DNA of 64,000 bases from Laetmonice hystrix (taxonomy: Eukaryota), in the NCBI GenBank assembly GCA_965235115.1, contig OZ249436.1, forward strand, positions 44,766,001-44,830,000, given 5' to 3'. Of the stretch, positions 11,170 through 25,200 are shown piece after piece. A program made the translations under genes and the position numbers. The notes beneath the pieces were generated by a model that ran no database searches, had not been told where the DNA came from, and worked only from the letters and a program-made list of their open reading frames with translations. Each line of letters opens with the position of its first letter. Position 1 is the stretch's first letter.

Positions 11170-11283
11170 CATAAGTCGTTCCTGGCTTCAGCTCGACCTA
11201 AATGTTTTTTGTAAAGTTCATCAGAAATAATAAAAGCCATTCATTCATTCATTCATTCATTCATTCATTCATTCATTCATTCA
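11170..11283 (+). repeat. (CATT)n microsatellite preceded by AATAAA and a small AAGTC/GGCTT hairpin; resembles a CR1/L2-type LINE 3' tail
   Basis: Microsatellite 11238-11283 seen directly; LINE origin is inference. Confidence 0.5.
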
Positions 11284-11628
11284 CTTTGAGGTATTCCCCA
11301 GTGCTTAGGTGGATTGTATTTGGTTCTGTTAGAGTTCCGGCAAGTGGGCAGAGTGTTCGTTTAACTTGATCAATAGGAAAACGTGGTGCACTCAAAACAT
11401 AAAGGAGCCCCTTGGAAGGTGCATACGTTCTGAATGTGATATTATAGTATTGTTTGGTGGGTATTTTACTTTTGGAAACCTTCGCCATTAGTGCGCTGTT
11501 CGTTTCTGGCCTATAACAGGTCATTTGATAATCTGTGTCTCTGATATAGGACACCGACCAGTGTATGTACCTATGTATGTGGTGTGTATGTAAGATTGGT
11601 AATTTTGATGGAGTTAATCTCATCTTAA

Positions 11629-11968
11629 AGGTGCTATTCGTCTCGCACAGAATGCCATTTCTCCTATCATACATTGTGCACATAGTACTAGAAAAAATTC
11701 CTACCGATACCATTGGCCTGATAAACCTTCTATTAGTTTGTGTGCAGCATTTGAAACCTATCTCGGTGCGCACCGAGATAGAGCCATTTCCTATGGTGGG
11801 GCGTGTCGGGGTCTCCACAGGCCTTCTGAGAGAGCCCCATTTGTGCCCTTATCCATGAAAAATTTTGATTTCCTTTGTTGTGAATCTATTTCCATGATAG
11901 GTGGGATCACATAAACGTCAACAAAATTAAAAATAAAAAAATTGAATTTTGGTTCACGAATAGCACCT
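11629..11968. mobile_element. Kolobok-like non-autonomous DNA transposon
   Basis: TTAA|AGGTGCTATTCGT ... ACGAATAGCACCT|TTAA: perfect 13-bp TIR and TTAA TSD. Confidence 0.75.
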
Positions 11969-12000
11969 TTAAAAGGACAGAATAATTCACAAATCTTTTT

Positions 12001-12172
12001 GTTATTGATATGGCTCCACCGTGTCAAAATTCCCAGCGGAATAGGTCTACCAGTGAAACTTGCAGGTAAACTCGACTGTCTTTAGGGAGAGTTATTGATA
12101 TGGCTCCACCGTGTCAAAATTCCCAGCGGAATAGGTCTACCAGTGAAACTTGCAGGTAAACTCGACTGTCTT
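12001..12172. repeat. Tandem duplication, period 90 bp
   Basis: gttattgatatggctcc...ctcgactgtctt twice. Confidence 0.9.
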
Positions 12173-13029
12173 CAGAGAGAGAAGGGAGGACGATTGTTTA
12201 AAAAAAAAATCAGATACCAATAGAGTTCATCCATACATTATTTGCGGCGTTGATTGTAATAATGCATGATGATAGTCCTCTTAAAAAACTATTAGATGAT
12301 TTAATCGTTTGTGTTGAGAACCCAATAAAATGACCATGAAAATGTAAATATGTATGTATATTTATTTTCCTGACCACACGGAATGGATATTATTGTACAT
12401 GTATGCGATGTTTTGTCAGGAATAAAATGCAAATGAAACTTTAAATTGGCCTCAGGCTAACATTTTAGATTTATGCAGTAAGTCGCACAGCATGCAACGC
12501 TAGCTGAAAACCCGTCCAGAACTTTTTAATTACATGTGGTCGAGTCGCATCGTTTCTGGTCGGTAGAACGTCACTGTATAGTTACAGCACGCGGCGGAAA
12601 CAACCCTACGGAGGGCGCACTGTCCTTGGACCGTCTGCAATCTCCCATAATGCAGAGGGGCTCGCTCCACTACCCCTCTGCCACACATGAATTTTTACGG
12701 GCAAAATCGGGCCCTACGTATTAACCCCGTTTTGCAAAGTCGGCCGTCCTGTATGGTATCTGTAAAATTTAGCGTACCTCTAAATCCGAAAACCGGGATT
12801 ATACCAAGTGACATTCACCGTTCAAGAGAAACCCGAACCCCTAGTCAAAATTTGTTGGGGGAAGTTGTCATAGGGGAATAACCCTTATGGAACCTAACAG
12901 CTCATGTCTGCATTTTAGAGTCGAAATGAAAGATATACTCTTTGATTCCTTTAACTGCAACTCCAAATCATTTTGCGTACATATATATTATAGTTAGCCG
13001 CAACTCAAAATCATTCCGTGAGATATCTG

Positions 13030-13263
13030 CAACTTGGAATCGTTTCAGTGGTGTACAATGACAACTTGGGATCGTTTCCAGTGGTGTACAATGACAACTT
13101 GGAATCGTTTCCAGTGGTGTACAATGACAACTTGGGATCGTTTCCAGTGGTGTACAATGACAACTTGGAATCGTTTCCAGTGGTGTACAATGACAACTTG
13201 GGATCGTTTCCAGTGGTGTACAATGAAAACTTGGAATCGTTTCCAGTGGTGTACAATGACAAC
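13030..13263. repeat. 33-bp minisatellite, ~7 copies
   Basis: Unit caacttgg(a/g)atcgtttccagtggtgtacaatga with alternating A/G variant. Confidence 0.95.
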
Positions 13264-13457
13264 CTGGTCACACGACCTATTAGTATTAGTCCCGAGGGGG
13301 ACTCACAGCCACCGCTCATGGCCTTACTTCAACCACCCTCCCCTCACCGCCCAGTGAATGGCTGAATGGCAGGCTGCAAGAAAGCAGTTAAGTCACCCCT
13401 AATCCCATCTAATCCCGAGCCACTGCAGCGAGGACATCTAGGGGACGCTGCTTCCGA

Positions 13458-14425
13458 GACCACCTGAAGCCTGGCCACCAGTGACTGACACAGCAACTCT
13501 GTGACCACCTGAAGCCTGGCCACCAGTGACTGACACAGCAACTCTGTGACCACCTGAAGCCTGGCCACCAGTGGCTGACACAGCAATTTTTTTTTCTGTG
13601 ACCACCTGAAGCCTGGCCACCAGTGGCTGACACAGCAATTCTGTGACCACCTGAAGCCTGGCCACCAGTGACTGACACAGCAATTCTGTCACCACCTGAA
13701 GCCTGGCCACCAGTGACTGACACAGCAATTCTGTGACCACCTGAAGCCTGGCCACCAGTGGCTGACACAGCAATTCTGTGACCACCTGAAGCCTGGCCAC
13801 CAGTGGCTGACACATGAACTCTGTGACCACCTGAAGCCTGGCCACCAGTGACTGACACAGCAACTCTGTGACCACCTGAAGCCTGGCTACCAGTGGCTGA
13901 CACAGGAACTCTGTGACCACCTGAAGCCTGGCCACCAGTGACTGACACAGCAATTCTGTGACCACCTGAAGCCTGGCCACCAGTGGCTGACACATGAACT
14001 CTGTGACCACCTGAAGCCTGGCCACCAGTGACTGACACATGAACTCTGTGACCACCTGAAGCCTGGCCACCAGTGACTGACACAGCAATTCTGTGACCAC
14101 CTGAAGCCTGGCCACCAGTGACTGACACAGCAATTCTGTGACCACCTGAAGCCTGGCCACCAGTGACTGACACAGCAATTCTGTGACCACCTGAAGCCTG
14201 GCCACCAGTGACTGACACAGCAATTCTGTGACCACCTGAAGCCTGGCCACCAGTGGCTGACACATGAACTCTGTGACCACCTGAAGCCTGGCCACCAGTG
14301 ACTGACACAGGAACTCTGTGACCACCTGAAGCCTGGCCACCAGTGACTGACACAGCAATTCTGTGACCACCTGAAGCCTGGCCACCAGTGACTGACACAT
14401 GAACTCTGTGACCACCTGAAGCCTG
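13458..14425. repeat. 45-bp minisatellite, ~21 copies
   Basis: Unit gaccacctgaagcctggccaccagtg(a/g)ctgacacagcaattctgt. Confidence 0.95.
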
Positions 14426-14747
14426 ACTTTTTTTTCGTCTGACTGTTCAAGAAACAAGAGAGAAACACTACACTTCATCAATGATGTAGTCAATGGATAT
14501 GAGCTCACTTCCCTTCATCGCTAATCTATGCTATCCAGCATCCTGACAAATATCGCACGGGAACTTGGGTAAGTACGGAAGCCGAGAATGCTTCCCTCAA
14601 AAAAAAAAAAAAAATCTCGCGAGAAAAAAAAAATTGCAAACAAATATCAGGCGCTGGGGCGTATGGGTAATGAGGACACGTACCGCTTGCCGAACTATAG
14701 GTGCGGTGTCCTTCGAGCATATCGTGCTGGTTTTGCTGAAAAGAAAG

Positions 14748-14925
14748 CGGACATATCGTGCCGTGCGGACATATCGTGCCGTGCGGACATATCGTGCCGT
14801 TTAGGGGGGGGGGGGGGGACTACGGACATATCGTGCCGTGCGGACATGTCGTGCCGTTTGGGGTGGGGGGACTACGGACATATCGTGCCGGGGACATATC
14901 GTGCCGGCGGACATATCGTGCCGCA
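14748..14925. repeat. Cluster of CGGACATATCGTGCCG repeats, probably subterminal repeats of a DNA transposon
   Basis: About 8 copies interrupted by G runs. Confidence 0.7.
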
Positions 14926-15092
14926 ACAAGGCCTCGAACGTGAGAATTGGGGGCGGGGGGCAACACAGGTAATTTAGAAAGCTCTATGTGGAAAAGAGAA
15001 ACAATGGCGTCAAGGTGGGGGGGGGGGGGAGGAGGGGTGCTGATCCCCTTGACCACCCCCTGATCCGCTACAGATTCACAGGCACTGGGGTC

Positions 15093-15367
15093 CAGGCACG
15101 TGTCCAGGATTTTCAGCAGGGGGGGGTCTGAGATTTTTTTTTTTAATTAGAAGCTCTGAAACGCGATTCCCGCCATTTAGGGGCCATTTTAGGGCATTAT
15201 ATTTTGTAGATTCATCGATCAACAGGTTCAAAACGGCGGAAATGCTTAGAAAAAATCGCTGAACGGGTTCAAAACGGCGGGAATGCTCAGAAAAAAATCT
15301 ATGTTCTGTGGGAGCAGGGGGGGGGGGTCCGGACCCCCTGGACCCCCCCCCTCTGGACACGCGCCTG
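15093..15367. mobile_element. hAT-like MITE with 5-bp TSD
   Basis: TIRs CAGGCACGTGTCCAG / CTGGACACGCGCCTG; GGGTC on both sides. Confidence 0.75.
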
Positions 15368-17059
15368 GGGTCTAAGAAACCCGTCTCTACACCAGGTGGC
15401 GCTTTGTCGTTGATTTACTTTGGCGTAGATCTGTAAGAAATGAGAAAAAGATAATGCACTTTCCTTTACAGACACATCCGGGTCCGAAAGAAACCTGTCC
15501 GAAATTAGATGGTTCTCCGTTATTCGGTTCGCCGAATGAGACCGTCTGGAAAGGTAATAATTATTGTGACCTCCTGACTGAAGTCGTTCCACACGACCAC
15601 CAGTGTATTAGCCCAGTAATTTGACAATTTACTCGCTTGGCGCTAACTCTCTCACCACCTGCCCTTGCCGCCATAATGCCCCGCCCCCAGGAGACCGAAG
15701 ACGGGGCATCCTATCCTAGCCATCAACACGTTTCATAAACGTTCGATAAACGTTTGGTAAACGTACGTTATAATGCAGAAAACGTTTTTTTTTTTTTTTT
15801 TTTTTTTTGGTTGTTGTTGAAGTTTTGTGTGAGCCGAATGAATGTAGAAAGTAACTTTTTCAATGGGGATTACCGTCGATACAGACATAGATGTAAATTG
15901 TTTCGGGTATAGATCTAGGCATGCTCTTTAATGTTCAGAAAATCCGGGGGGGAGAGGTGCGATTGGTGCTTATCTGAATCTCTTTAGATTCAGAAATTCA
16001 GCAACTGCCACACCCAATGTAGGGGCTTCAATTCCACTTTGGTTGTTTATTTTGGGGGTTGGGGGCGGTGTGTGTGTGAGGGGGGGGGGGGGGGTTGTGG
16101 TAATGGACCTAGTTACTCAATCTCACCAGGCCTTAAAAACCACCGTGCCAATAGCAAATGTTAGCCAACAAATTAAACCTATTGGCCTCTCCCCATACCT
16201 TGTCGCCCTTTCACCCTCTCAGCCAGGGCGCTGTTTCCTACCGGTCCGAGTCTGGATCAGCGCCCAAACTTCTTTTCCGGATTGTTTTTCCCTGTGCGGC
16301 GTCTCGGAGTCTAATGATAGGGTGTTCGGCCCCAGCCACATGGCCTGTCCTCATCATCTGTGTTACTGACTGTTGGTAGGCGGGAAGTGGCGGTTCTCCC
16401 CATCCGTACCCCTGGCGTCTCGTCCTCGGGGTTGTGTGGGATATATTTATCCACTGACATCGTGTCCCTGTGGCACACTGTTCTCCGAGGAGGGAGGTCG
16501 TGCTGACGGCTGAAGCTGGACGTGTGTAAAAGACTCGCATACAGGGAACGGTTGACACGCGTGGCGAAGAGGTCGACGTGACGATGTGACGTGACGTAGT
16601 CCGACATGACAATGTGACGTGACGTAGTCCGACGTGTGGCGTTATGTGGTCAGATGTGTCATGTGCAGAACACGGGTAGTTAAACCGTAATTCCGTGATC
16701 GAACATGGATGTTTAAGGGACTGGAAATGAGCATGCATTCTTTGACTCGATACGAAGTAGGCCCATACGCTATGTAAGTTGAATTCTAGTCTAAAAAGCC
16801 CTATAGACAGGTTACCCCGTCCATAGGATTACTCGGCAGTTAAATAGGCCGATAGGCCAAGGCCTAACAGGCGATTTTAACGATTTAATTTAGATTTGAA
16901 AGCCCAGGCTTATTGATGTTTTAGTACACTACTTAATTAGGCCTAGGCTAAGTCTGACTACTGTAGGCCCAACACAGGACACCTACACGAATAGAACGAC
17001 TTCTCAATTACACGGTATACTTCAGAAGAATTCAAACTCCAATGACGTGAGACTCCCTC

Positions 17060-17400
17060 ATGATGCGGCTACGTTGTAAACGTGTATTATTCATTTTGGT
17101 GGCATCAATCGCCAGCTGTTTTCTGATAGCGCAGTACAATCTAAGAGAGAGCGAACTTTATAAAAAGGACGCTCCCCCGATGACGTTCTCCTGGAAATCT
17201 CGCGTCAAATTGAAAGGTCACGTGGCCAAAGTTCCCGCGAGGACGAGACCGCCGGACGAGAGTTTGTTTGATCAACTCAAGGGAACGTTAGTAAACTCGG
17301 ATAGACGTAAGGGACGGGACGTCAGTCAGCAACCTCTTGGTGGGGCCGACATGTTGAGAGCATGGCGTCACAACCAACAGCGGGTTGTCAAACAGCTTCA
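17060..17400 (+). CDS. Star-like FkbM (Methyltransf_21) domain type II membrane protein, coding exon 1 (signal anchor and stem)
   Basis: Basic N-terminus then hydrophobic VLFILVASIASCFLIAQY; CA|GTAAGT phase-2 donor. Confidence 0.8.
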
Positions 17401-17779
17401 GTAAGTACGTCATGGTTGATGAACCATTCCTGATACAAGGCCTAGAATATAGGGTCTGCAGTCTAGACCTGATCGAGTCCATGCTCTCCCATTTTTTTGC
17501 CTCTATAGTAGGTGTTGGACCTTGCCGGGATCTCCAAGATCCCCATTGGCAAAGTAGCGCGATCATTGTCCATCTCATAGCCTACTAAATAACTTGATAC
17601 CCTTGAACGTTGTAGTAGCCTACATAGGCCCCTAGGGCTACCATATTTGACAAATGTATCTCCCCGCCAAAAAGAGGGGAACAATATGACTCGTTCGCCT
17701 ATGTTGTAAGATTTTGGGGTCGTATTGTGAGTAGGCATTGACGTTAATGTTCACATAAGATCGACCAATGACATTGCAG

Positions 17780-17939
17780 AGATCTGATCGACCGGAACAC
17801 CCGGCCTACCCATCCTGACGTCATGACCCTCATTCGGCGCTCCATGGTGGCGCCATCTCGCGGCGGGTTACTCAAACCGAGCCATGGCATACACTTGACG
17901 CGGACAGCGGGTGTCGTTGACAAACTGCTCGGCGCCAAG
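17780..17939 (+). CDS. Star-like FkbM protein, exon 2 (DLIDRNTRPTHPDVMTLIRRSMVAPS...VVDKLLGAK)
   Basis: ttgcag acceptor in phase 2; AAG|GTAGGT donor; resembles the Star-family segment preceding the domain. Confidence 0.8.
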
Positions 17940-17989
17940 GTAGGTTTTATCCGGCCGGCGAAATTACTATTCGCAGCCCCAGATCTAAT

Positions 17990-18168
17990 CAGTGGCGTAG
18001 CCGGGGGGGGGGGGGGGGGGGGGGGCATTCGTGCCCCCATTCGAGGTGCGTGCCCCCCAGATGCCCCCCACTCAGAATTTTGAAACCCCAAATACATAGT
18101 CTATATGCCCCCTCAAGTTGTGCCCCCTTAGCCCCCCCCCTGCAGCCGGTACCCTAGCTACGCTACTG
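17990..18168. mobile_element. hAT-like MITE with 8-bp TSD (intronic)
   Basis: TIRs CAGTGGCGTAGC / GCTACGCTACTG; flanks GATCTAAT / GATCTAAC. Confidence 0.8.
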
Positions 18169-18171
18169 GAT

Positions 18172-18685
18172 CTAACCCTAACTACAGTCCCGAGACTTTC
18201 CCAACAACTTCCCACTATCCCTGGCCCCCAGCCCCCCTCTTAACATGGGGCAATGACCAGCCCTAACTATACAGTCCCGAGACTTTCCCAACAACTTCCC
18301 ACTATCCCTGACCCCCAGCCCCCTCTTAACATGGGGCAATGACCAGCCCTAACTACAGTCCCGAGACTTTCCAAACAACTTCCCACTACCCCCGGGCCCG
18401 GTTTTTAGTTCGTCATTTTACAAATCTTAAGACTGAAATTTTAAGACTGACTTGTGTTATGGTCTCCCATTGGCTGACTTCATTTGAAGGACCAATCAGA
18501 AGCTCTGAAACAAGAGTGCAGTCTTAAGATTTGGATCTTATAAGACTCGGTTTCCAAACTAAAAACCAGGGCCTGGCCCCCAGCCCCCTCTTAACATGGG
18601 GCAATGACCAGCCCTAACTACAGTCCCGAGACTTCCCACCATCCCTGGCCCCAGCCCCCTTTTAACATGGGGCAATGACCAGCCA
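18172..18685. repeat. ~85-bp minisatellite (~4 copies) interrupted by a MITE
   Basis: Unit ctaactacagtcccgagactttccc...cttaacatggggcaatgaccagcc. Confidence 0.85.
18395..18573. mobile_element. MITE (PIF/Harbinger-like termini)
   Basis: GGCCCGGTTTTTAGTT / AACTAAAAACCAGGGCC inverted ends; absent from neighbouring repeat units. Confidence 0.7.
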
Positions 18686-19078
18686 GGCTTCCGACAAAAC
18701 AACACTGTCCGATCACCTGACGTCCCGCAGGCGTAATTTTTCATAAGCTCAAGTTTTGAGAAAGGCCCTGCTGCTGGCACACCAAGCTAGGCCGAAATGG
18801 AAAGCTGAGAAAGATTGAGATAGAAGTGTGATTCACACGACCCGGATGTCCCTTCTAATTCGCCCATGTCCTATTTCGGTTATAAATACCACCAAAAAAT
18901 CATATTCTCGAATCTATGAATCAGTTTTAAGATTTGATTTCCTCTTCGCTCTGTGTAACTCAACACATATTGTTTGAACTGTACTTAGTCCCCAATAAAT
19001 GTAACTTTTGGTCCCCAATAAATTGTAACTTTTTGGTCCCCAATAAATGTAACTTTGCCCCCTGTATACTTAAACCAG

Positions 19079-19273
19079 ACAGAGGGATTCTTTGTGGAGG
19101 CCAGGGTATACGACGGCGAGGGTTCCTCCAACACCTTGTGGCTGGAACACATGAGGCAGTGGACGGGGCTTGTGATGGAACCCGACCCGGCTTACTTCCT
19201 TCAACTGGTCGGCAAGAACCGACAGTGTCTGGCTCTCAACGGTTGCCTCAGTACGACGGCATCACCCACTGTG
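19079..19273 (+). CDS. Star-like FkbM protein, exon 3 (TEGFFVEARVYDGEGSSNTLWLEHMRQWTGLVMEP...NGCLSTTASPTV)
   Basis: GFFVEA..xDGE..SNTL.LE....WTGLxxEP signature of Star/FkbM proteins; ccag acceptor, GTG|GTAGGT donor, phase 0-0. Confidence 0.92.
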
Positions 19274-22200
19274 GTAGGTTGTCCTCAGTACGACGGTCTC
19301 ACCCACTGTGGTAGGTCTCATTGTCCTCAGTACGACGGTCTCACCCACTGTGGTAGGTCTTATTGTCCTCAGTACGACGGTCTCACCCACTGTGGTAGGT
19401 CTCATTGTCCTCAGTACGACGGTCTCACCCACTGTGGTAGGTTGTCCTCAGTACGACGGTCTCACCCACTGTGGTAGGTTGTTCTCAGTACGACGGTCTC
19501 ACCCACTGTGGTAGGTCTCATTGTCCTCAGGACGACGGTCTCACCCACTGTGGTAGGTTGTCCTCAGTACGACGGTCTCACCCACTGTGGTAGGTCTCAT
19601 TGTCCTCAGGACGACGGTCTCACCCACTGTGGTAGGTTGTCCTCAGTACGACGGTCTCACCCACTGTGGTAGGTCTCATTGTCCTCAGTACGACGGTCTC
19701 ACCCACTGTGGTAGGTTGTCCTCAGTACGACGGCATCACCCACTGTGGTAGGTTGTACTCAGTACGACGGTCTCACCCACTGTGGTAGGTTGTCCTCAGT
19801 ACGACGGTCTCACCCACTGTGGTAGGTTGTCCTCAGTACGACGGCATCACCCACTGTGGTAGGTCTCATTGTCCTCAGTACGACGGTCTCGACCACTGTG
19901 GTAGGTCTCATTGTCCTCAGTACGACGGTCTCACCCACTGTGGTAGGTCTCATTGTCCTCAGTACGACGGCATCACCCACTGTGGTAGGTTGTCCTCAGT
20001 ACGACGGTCTCACCCACTGTGGTAGGTTGTCCTCAGTACGACGGTCTCACCCACTGTGGTAGGTCTCATTGTCCTCAGTACGACGGTCTCACCCACTGTG
20101 GTAGGTTGTGCTCAGTACGACGGTCTCACCCACTGTGGTAGGTTGTCCTCAGTACGACGGTCTCACCCACTGTGGTAGGTTGTCCTCAGTACGACGGTCT
20201 CACCCACTGTGGTAGGTTGTCCTCAGTACGACGGTCTCACCCACTGTGGTAGGTCTCATTGTCCTCAGTACGACGGCATCACCCACTGTGGTAGGTTGTC
20301 CTCAGTACGACGGTCTCACCCACTGTGGTAGGTTGTCCTCAGTACGACGGCATCACCCACTGTGGTAGGTTGTCCTCAGTACGACGGCATCACCCACTGT
20401 GGTAGGTCTCATTGTGTCCAGTACGACGGTCTCACCCACTGTGGTAGGTCTCATTGTCCTCAGTACGACGGTCTCACCCACTGTGGTAGGTTGTCCTCAG
20501 TACGACGGTCTCACCCACTGTGGTAGGTTGTCCTCAGTACGACGGTCTCACCCACTGTGGTAGGTTGTCCTCAGTACGACGGTCTCACCCACTGTGGTAG
20601 GTTGTTCTCAGTACGACGGTCTCACCCACTGTGGTAGGTCTCATTGTCCTCAGTACGACGGTCTCACCCACTGTGGTAGGTTGTCCTCAGTACGACGGTC
20701 TCACCCACTGTGGTAGGTCTCATTGTCCTCAGTACGACGGTCTCACCCACTGTGGTAGGTTGTCCTCAGTACGACGGTCTCACCCACTGTGGTAGGTTGT
20801 CCTCAGTACGACGGTCTCACCCACTGTGGTAGGTTGTCCTCAGTACGACGGTCTCACCCACTGTGGTAGGTCTCAATGTCCTCAGTACGACGGTCTCACC
20901 CACTGTGGTAGGTTGTCCTCAGTACGACGGTCTCACCCACTGTGGTAGGTTGTCCTCAGTACGACGGTCTCACCCACTGTGGTAGGTTGTCCTCAGTACG
21001 ACGGCATCACCCACTGTGGTAGGTCTCGTTGTCCTCAGTACGACGGTCTCACCCACTGTGGTAGGTCTCATTGTCCTCAGTACGACGGTCTCACCCACTG
21101 TGGTAGGTTGTCCTCAGTACGACGGTCTCACCCACTGTGGTAGGTTGTCCTCAGTACGACGGTCTCACCCACTGTGGTAGGTCTCATTGTCCTCAGTACG
21201 ACGGTCTCACCCACTGTGGTAGGTTGTCCTCAGTACGACGGTCTCACCCACTGTGGTAGGTTGTCCTCAGTACGACGGTCTCACCCACTGTGGTAGGTTG
21301 TCCTCAGTACGACGGTCTCACCCACTGTGGTAGGTTGTCCTCAGTACGACGGTCTCACCCACTGTGGTAGGTTGTCCTCAGTACGACAGTCTCACCCACT
21401 GTGGTAGGTTGTCCTCAGTACGACGGTCTCACCCACTGTGGTAGGTCTCATTGTCCTCAGTACGACGGTCTCACCCACGGTGGTAGGTTGTCCTCAGTAC
21501 GACGGTCTCACCCACTGTGGTAGGTTGTCCTCAGTACGACGGTCTCACCCACTGTGGTAGGTTGTCCTCAGTACGACGGTCTCACCCACTGTGGTAGGTT
21601 GTCCTCAGTACGACGCTCTCACTCACTGTGGTAGGTTGTCCTCAGTACGACGGTCTCACCCACTGTGGTAGGTTGTCCTCAGTACGACGGTCTCACCCAC
21701 TGTGGTAGGTTGTCCTCAGTACGACGGCATCACCCACTGTGGTAGGTTGTCCTCAGTACGACGGTCTCACCCACTGTGGTAGGTTGTCCTCAGTACGACG
21801 GTCTCACCCACTGTGGTAGGTTGTCCTCAGTACGACGGTCTCACCCACTGTGGTAGGTTGTCCTCAGTACGACGGCATCACCCACTGTGGTAGGTCTCAT
21901 TGTCCTCAGTACGACGGTCTCGACCACTGTGGTAGGTCTCATTGTCCTCAGTACGACGGTCTCACCCACTGTGGTAGGTCTCATTGTCCTCAGTACGACG
22001 GCATCACCCACTGTGGTAGGTTGTCCTCAGTACGACGGTCTCACCCACTGTGGTAGGTTGTCCTCAGTACGACGGTCTCACCCACTGTGGTAGGTCTCAT
22101 TGTCCTCAGTACGACGGTCTCACCCACTGTGGTAGGTTGTCCTCAGTACGACGGTCTCACCCACTGTGGTAGGTTGTCCTCAGTACGACGGTCTCACCCA

Positions 22201-25200
22201 CTGTGGTAGGTCTCATTGTCCTCAGTACGACGGTCTCACCCACTGTGGTAGGTTGTCCTCAGTACGACGGTCTCACCCACTGTGGTAGGTTGTCCTCAGT
22301 ACGACGGTCTCACCCACTGTGGTAGGTTGTCCTCAGTACGACGGTCTCACCCACTGTGGTAGGTTGTCCTCAGTACGACGGTCTCACCCACTGTGGTAGG
22401 TTGTCCTCAGTACGACGGTCTCACCCACTGTGGTAGGTTGTTCTCAGTACGACGGTCTCACCCACTGTGGTAGGTCTCATTGTCCTCAGTACGACGGTCT
22501 CACCCACTGTGGTAGGTTGTCCTCAGTACGACGGTCTCACCCACTGTGGTAGGTCTCATTGTCCTCAGTACGACGGTCTCACCCACTGTGGTAGGTTGTC
22601 CTCAGTACGACGGTCTCACCCACTGTGGTAGGTTGTCCTCAGTACGACGGTCTCACCCACTGTGGTAGGTTGTCCTCAGTACGACGGTCTCACCCACTGT
22701 GGTAGGTCTCAATGTCCTCAGTACGACGGTCTCACCCACTGTGGTAGGTTGTCCTCAGTACGACGGTCTCACCCACTGTGGTAGGTTGTCCTCAGTACGA
22801 CGGTCTCACCCACTGTGGTAGGTTGTCCTCAGTACGACGGCATCACCCACTGTGGTAGGTCTCGTTGTCCTCAGTACGACGGTCTCACCCACTGTGGTAG
22901 GTCTCATTGTCCTCAGTACGACGGTCTCACCCACTGTGGTAGGTTGTCCTCAGTACGACGGTCTCACCCACTGTGGTAGGTTGTCCTCAGTACGACGGTC
23001 TCACCCACTGTGGTAGGTCTCATTGTCCTCAGTACGACGGTCTCACCCACTGTGGTAGGTTGTCCTCAGTACGACGGTCTCACCCACTGTGGTAGGTTGT
23101 CCTCAGTACGACGGTCTCACCCACTGTGGTAGGTTGTCCTCAGTACGACGGTCTCACCCACTGTGGTAGGTTGTCCTCAGTACGACGGTCTCACCCACTG
23201 TGGTAGGTTGTCCTCAGTACGACAGTCTCACCCACTGTGGTAGGTTGTCCTCAGTACGACGGTCTCACCCACTGTGGTAGGTCTCATTGTCCTCAGTACG
23301 ACGGTCTCACCCACGGTGGTAGGTTGTCCTCAGTACGACGGTCTCACCCACTGTGGTAGGTTGTCCTCAGTACGACGGTCTCACCCACTGTGGTAGGTTG
23401 TCCTCAGTACGACGGTCTCACCCACTGTGGTAGGTTGTCCTCAGTACGACGCTCTCACTCACTGTGGTAGGTTGTCCTCAGTACGACGGTCTCACCCACT
23501 GTGGTAGGTTGTCCTCAGTACGACGGCATCACCCACTGTGGTAGGTTGTCCTCAGTACGACGGTCTCACCCACTGTGGTAGGTTGTCCTCAGTACGACGG
23601 TCTCACCCACTGTGGTAGGTTGTCCTCAGTACGACGGTCTCACCCACTGTGGTAGGTTGTCCTCAGTACGACGGCATCACCCACTGTGGTAGGTCTCATT
23701 GTCCTCAGTACGACGGTCTCGACCACTGTGGTAGGTCTCATTGTCCTCAGTACGACGGTCTCACCCACTGTGGTAGGTCTCATTGTCCTCAGTACGACGG
23801 CATCACCCACTGTGGTAGGTTGTCCTCAGTACGACGGTCTCACCCACTGTGGTAGGTTGTCCTCAGTACGACGGTCTCACCCACTGTGGTAGGTCTCATT
23901 GTCCTCAGTACGACGGTCTCACCCACTGTGGTAGGTTGTGCTCAGTACGACGGTCTCACCCACTGTGGTAGGTTGTCCTCAGTACGACGGTCTCACCCAC
24001 TGTGGTAGGTTGTCCTCAGTACGACGGTCTCACCCACTGTGGTAGGTTGTCCTCAGTACGACGGCATCACCCACTGTGGTAGGTTGTCCTCAGTACGACG
24101 GCATCACCCACTGTGGTAGGTGTCATTGTGTTCAGTACGACGGTCTCACCCACTGTGGTAGGTCTCATTGTCCTCAGTACGACGGTCTCACCCACTGTGG
24201 TAGGTTGTCCTCAGTACGACGGTCTCACCCACTGTGGTAGGTTGTCCTCAGTACGACGGTCTCACCCACTGTGGTAGGTTGTCCTCAGTACGACGGTCTC
24301 ACCCACTGTGGTAGGTTGTTCTCAGTACGACGGTCTCACCCACTGTGGTAGGTCTCATTGTCCTCAGTACGACGGTCTCACCCACTGTGGTAGGTTGTCC
24401 TCAGTACGACGGTCTCACCCACTGTGGTAGGTCTCATTGTCCTCAGTACGACGGTCTCACCCACTGTGGTAGGTTGTCCTCAGTACGACGGTCTCACCCA
24501 CTGTGGTAGGTTGTCCTCAGTACGACGGTCTCACCCACTGTGGTAGGTTGTCCTCAGTACGACGGTCTCACCCACTGTGGTAGGTCTCAATGTCCTCAGT
24601 ACGACGGTCTCACCCACTGTGGTAGGTTGTCCTCAGTACGACGGTCTCACCCACTGTGGTAGGTTGTCCTCAGTACGACGGTCTCACCCACTGTGGTAGG
24701 TTGTCCTCAGTACGACGGCATCACCCACTGTGGTTGGTCTCGTTGTCCTCAGTACGACGGTCTCACCCACTGTGGTAGGTTGTCCTCAGTACGACGGTCT
24801 CACCCACTGTGGTAGGTTGTCCTCAGTACGACGGTCTCACCCACTGTGGTAGGTTGTCCTCAGTACGACGGTCTCACCCACTGTGGTAGGTTGTCCTCAG
24901 TACGACGGTCTCACCCACTGTGGTAGGTTGTCATCAGTACGACGGTCTCACCCACTGTGGTAGGTCTCATTGTCCTCAGTACGACGGTCTCACCCACGGT
25001 GGTAGGTTGTCCTCAGTACGACGGTCTCACCCACTGTGGTAGGTTGTCCTCAGTACGACGGTCTCACCCACTGTGGTAGGTTGTCCTCAGTACGACGGTC
25101 TCACCCACTGTGGTAGGTTGTCCTCAGTACGACGGTCTCACCCACTGTGGTAGGTTGTCCTCAGTACGACGGCATCACCCACTGTGGTAGGTATCATTGT

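Noticed and set aside
11273..11858. 181-aa and 97-aa ORFs
   Set aside because: Cross MITE boundaries and show no recognisable domain
13348..13373. Isolated minus-strand 26-nt exon with good branch point, acceptor and GTGAGG donor
   Set aside because: No partner exons or recognisable product could be linked
13011..14508. Long ORFs (up to 356 aa) in the 33- and 45-bp arrays
   Set aside because: Open in several frames simply because unit lengths are multiples of 3 without stops; no unique coding flanks
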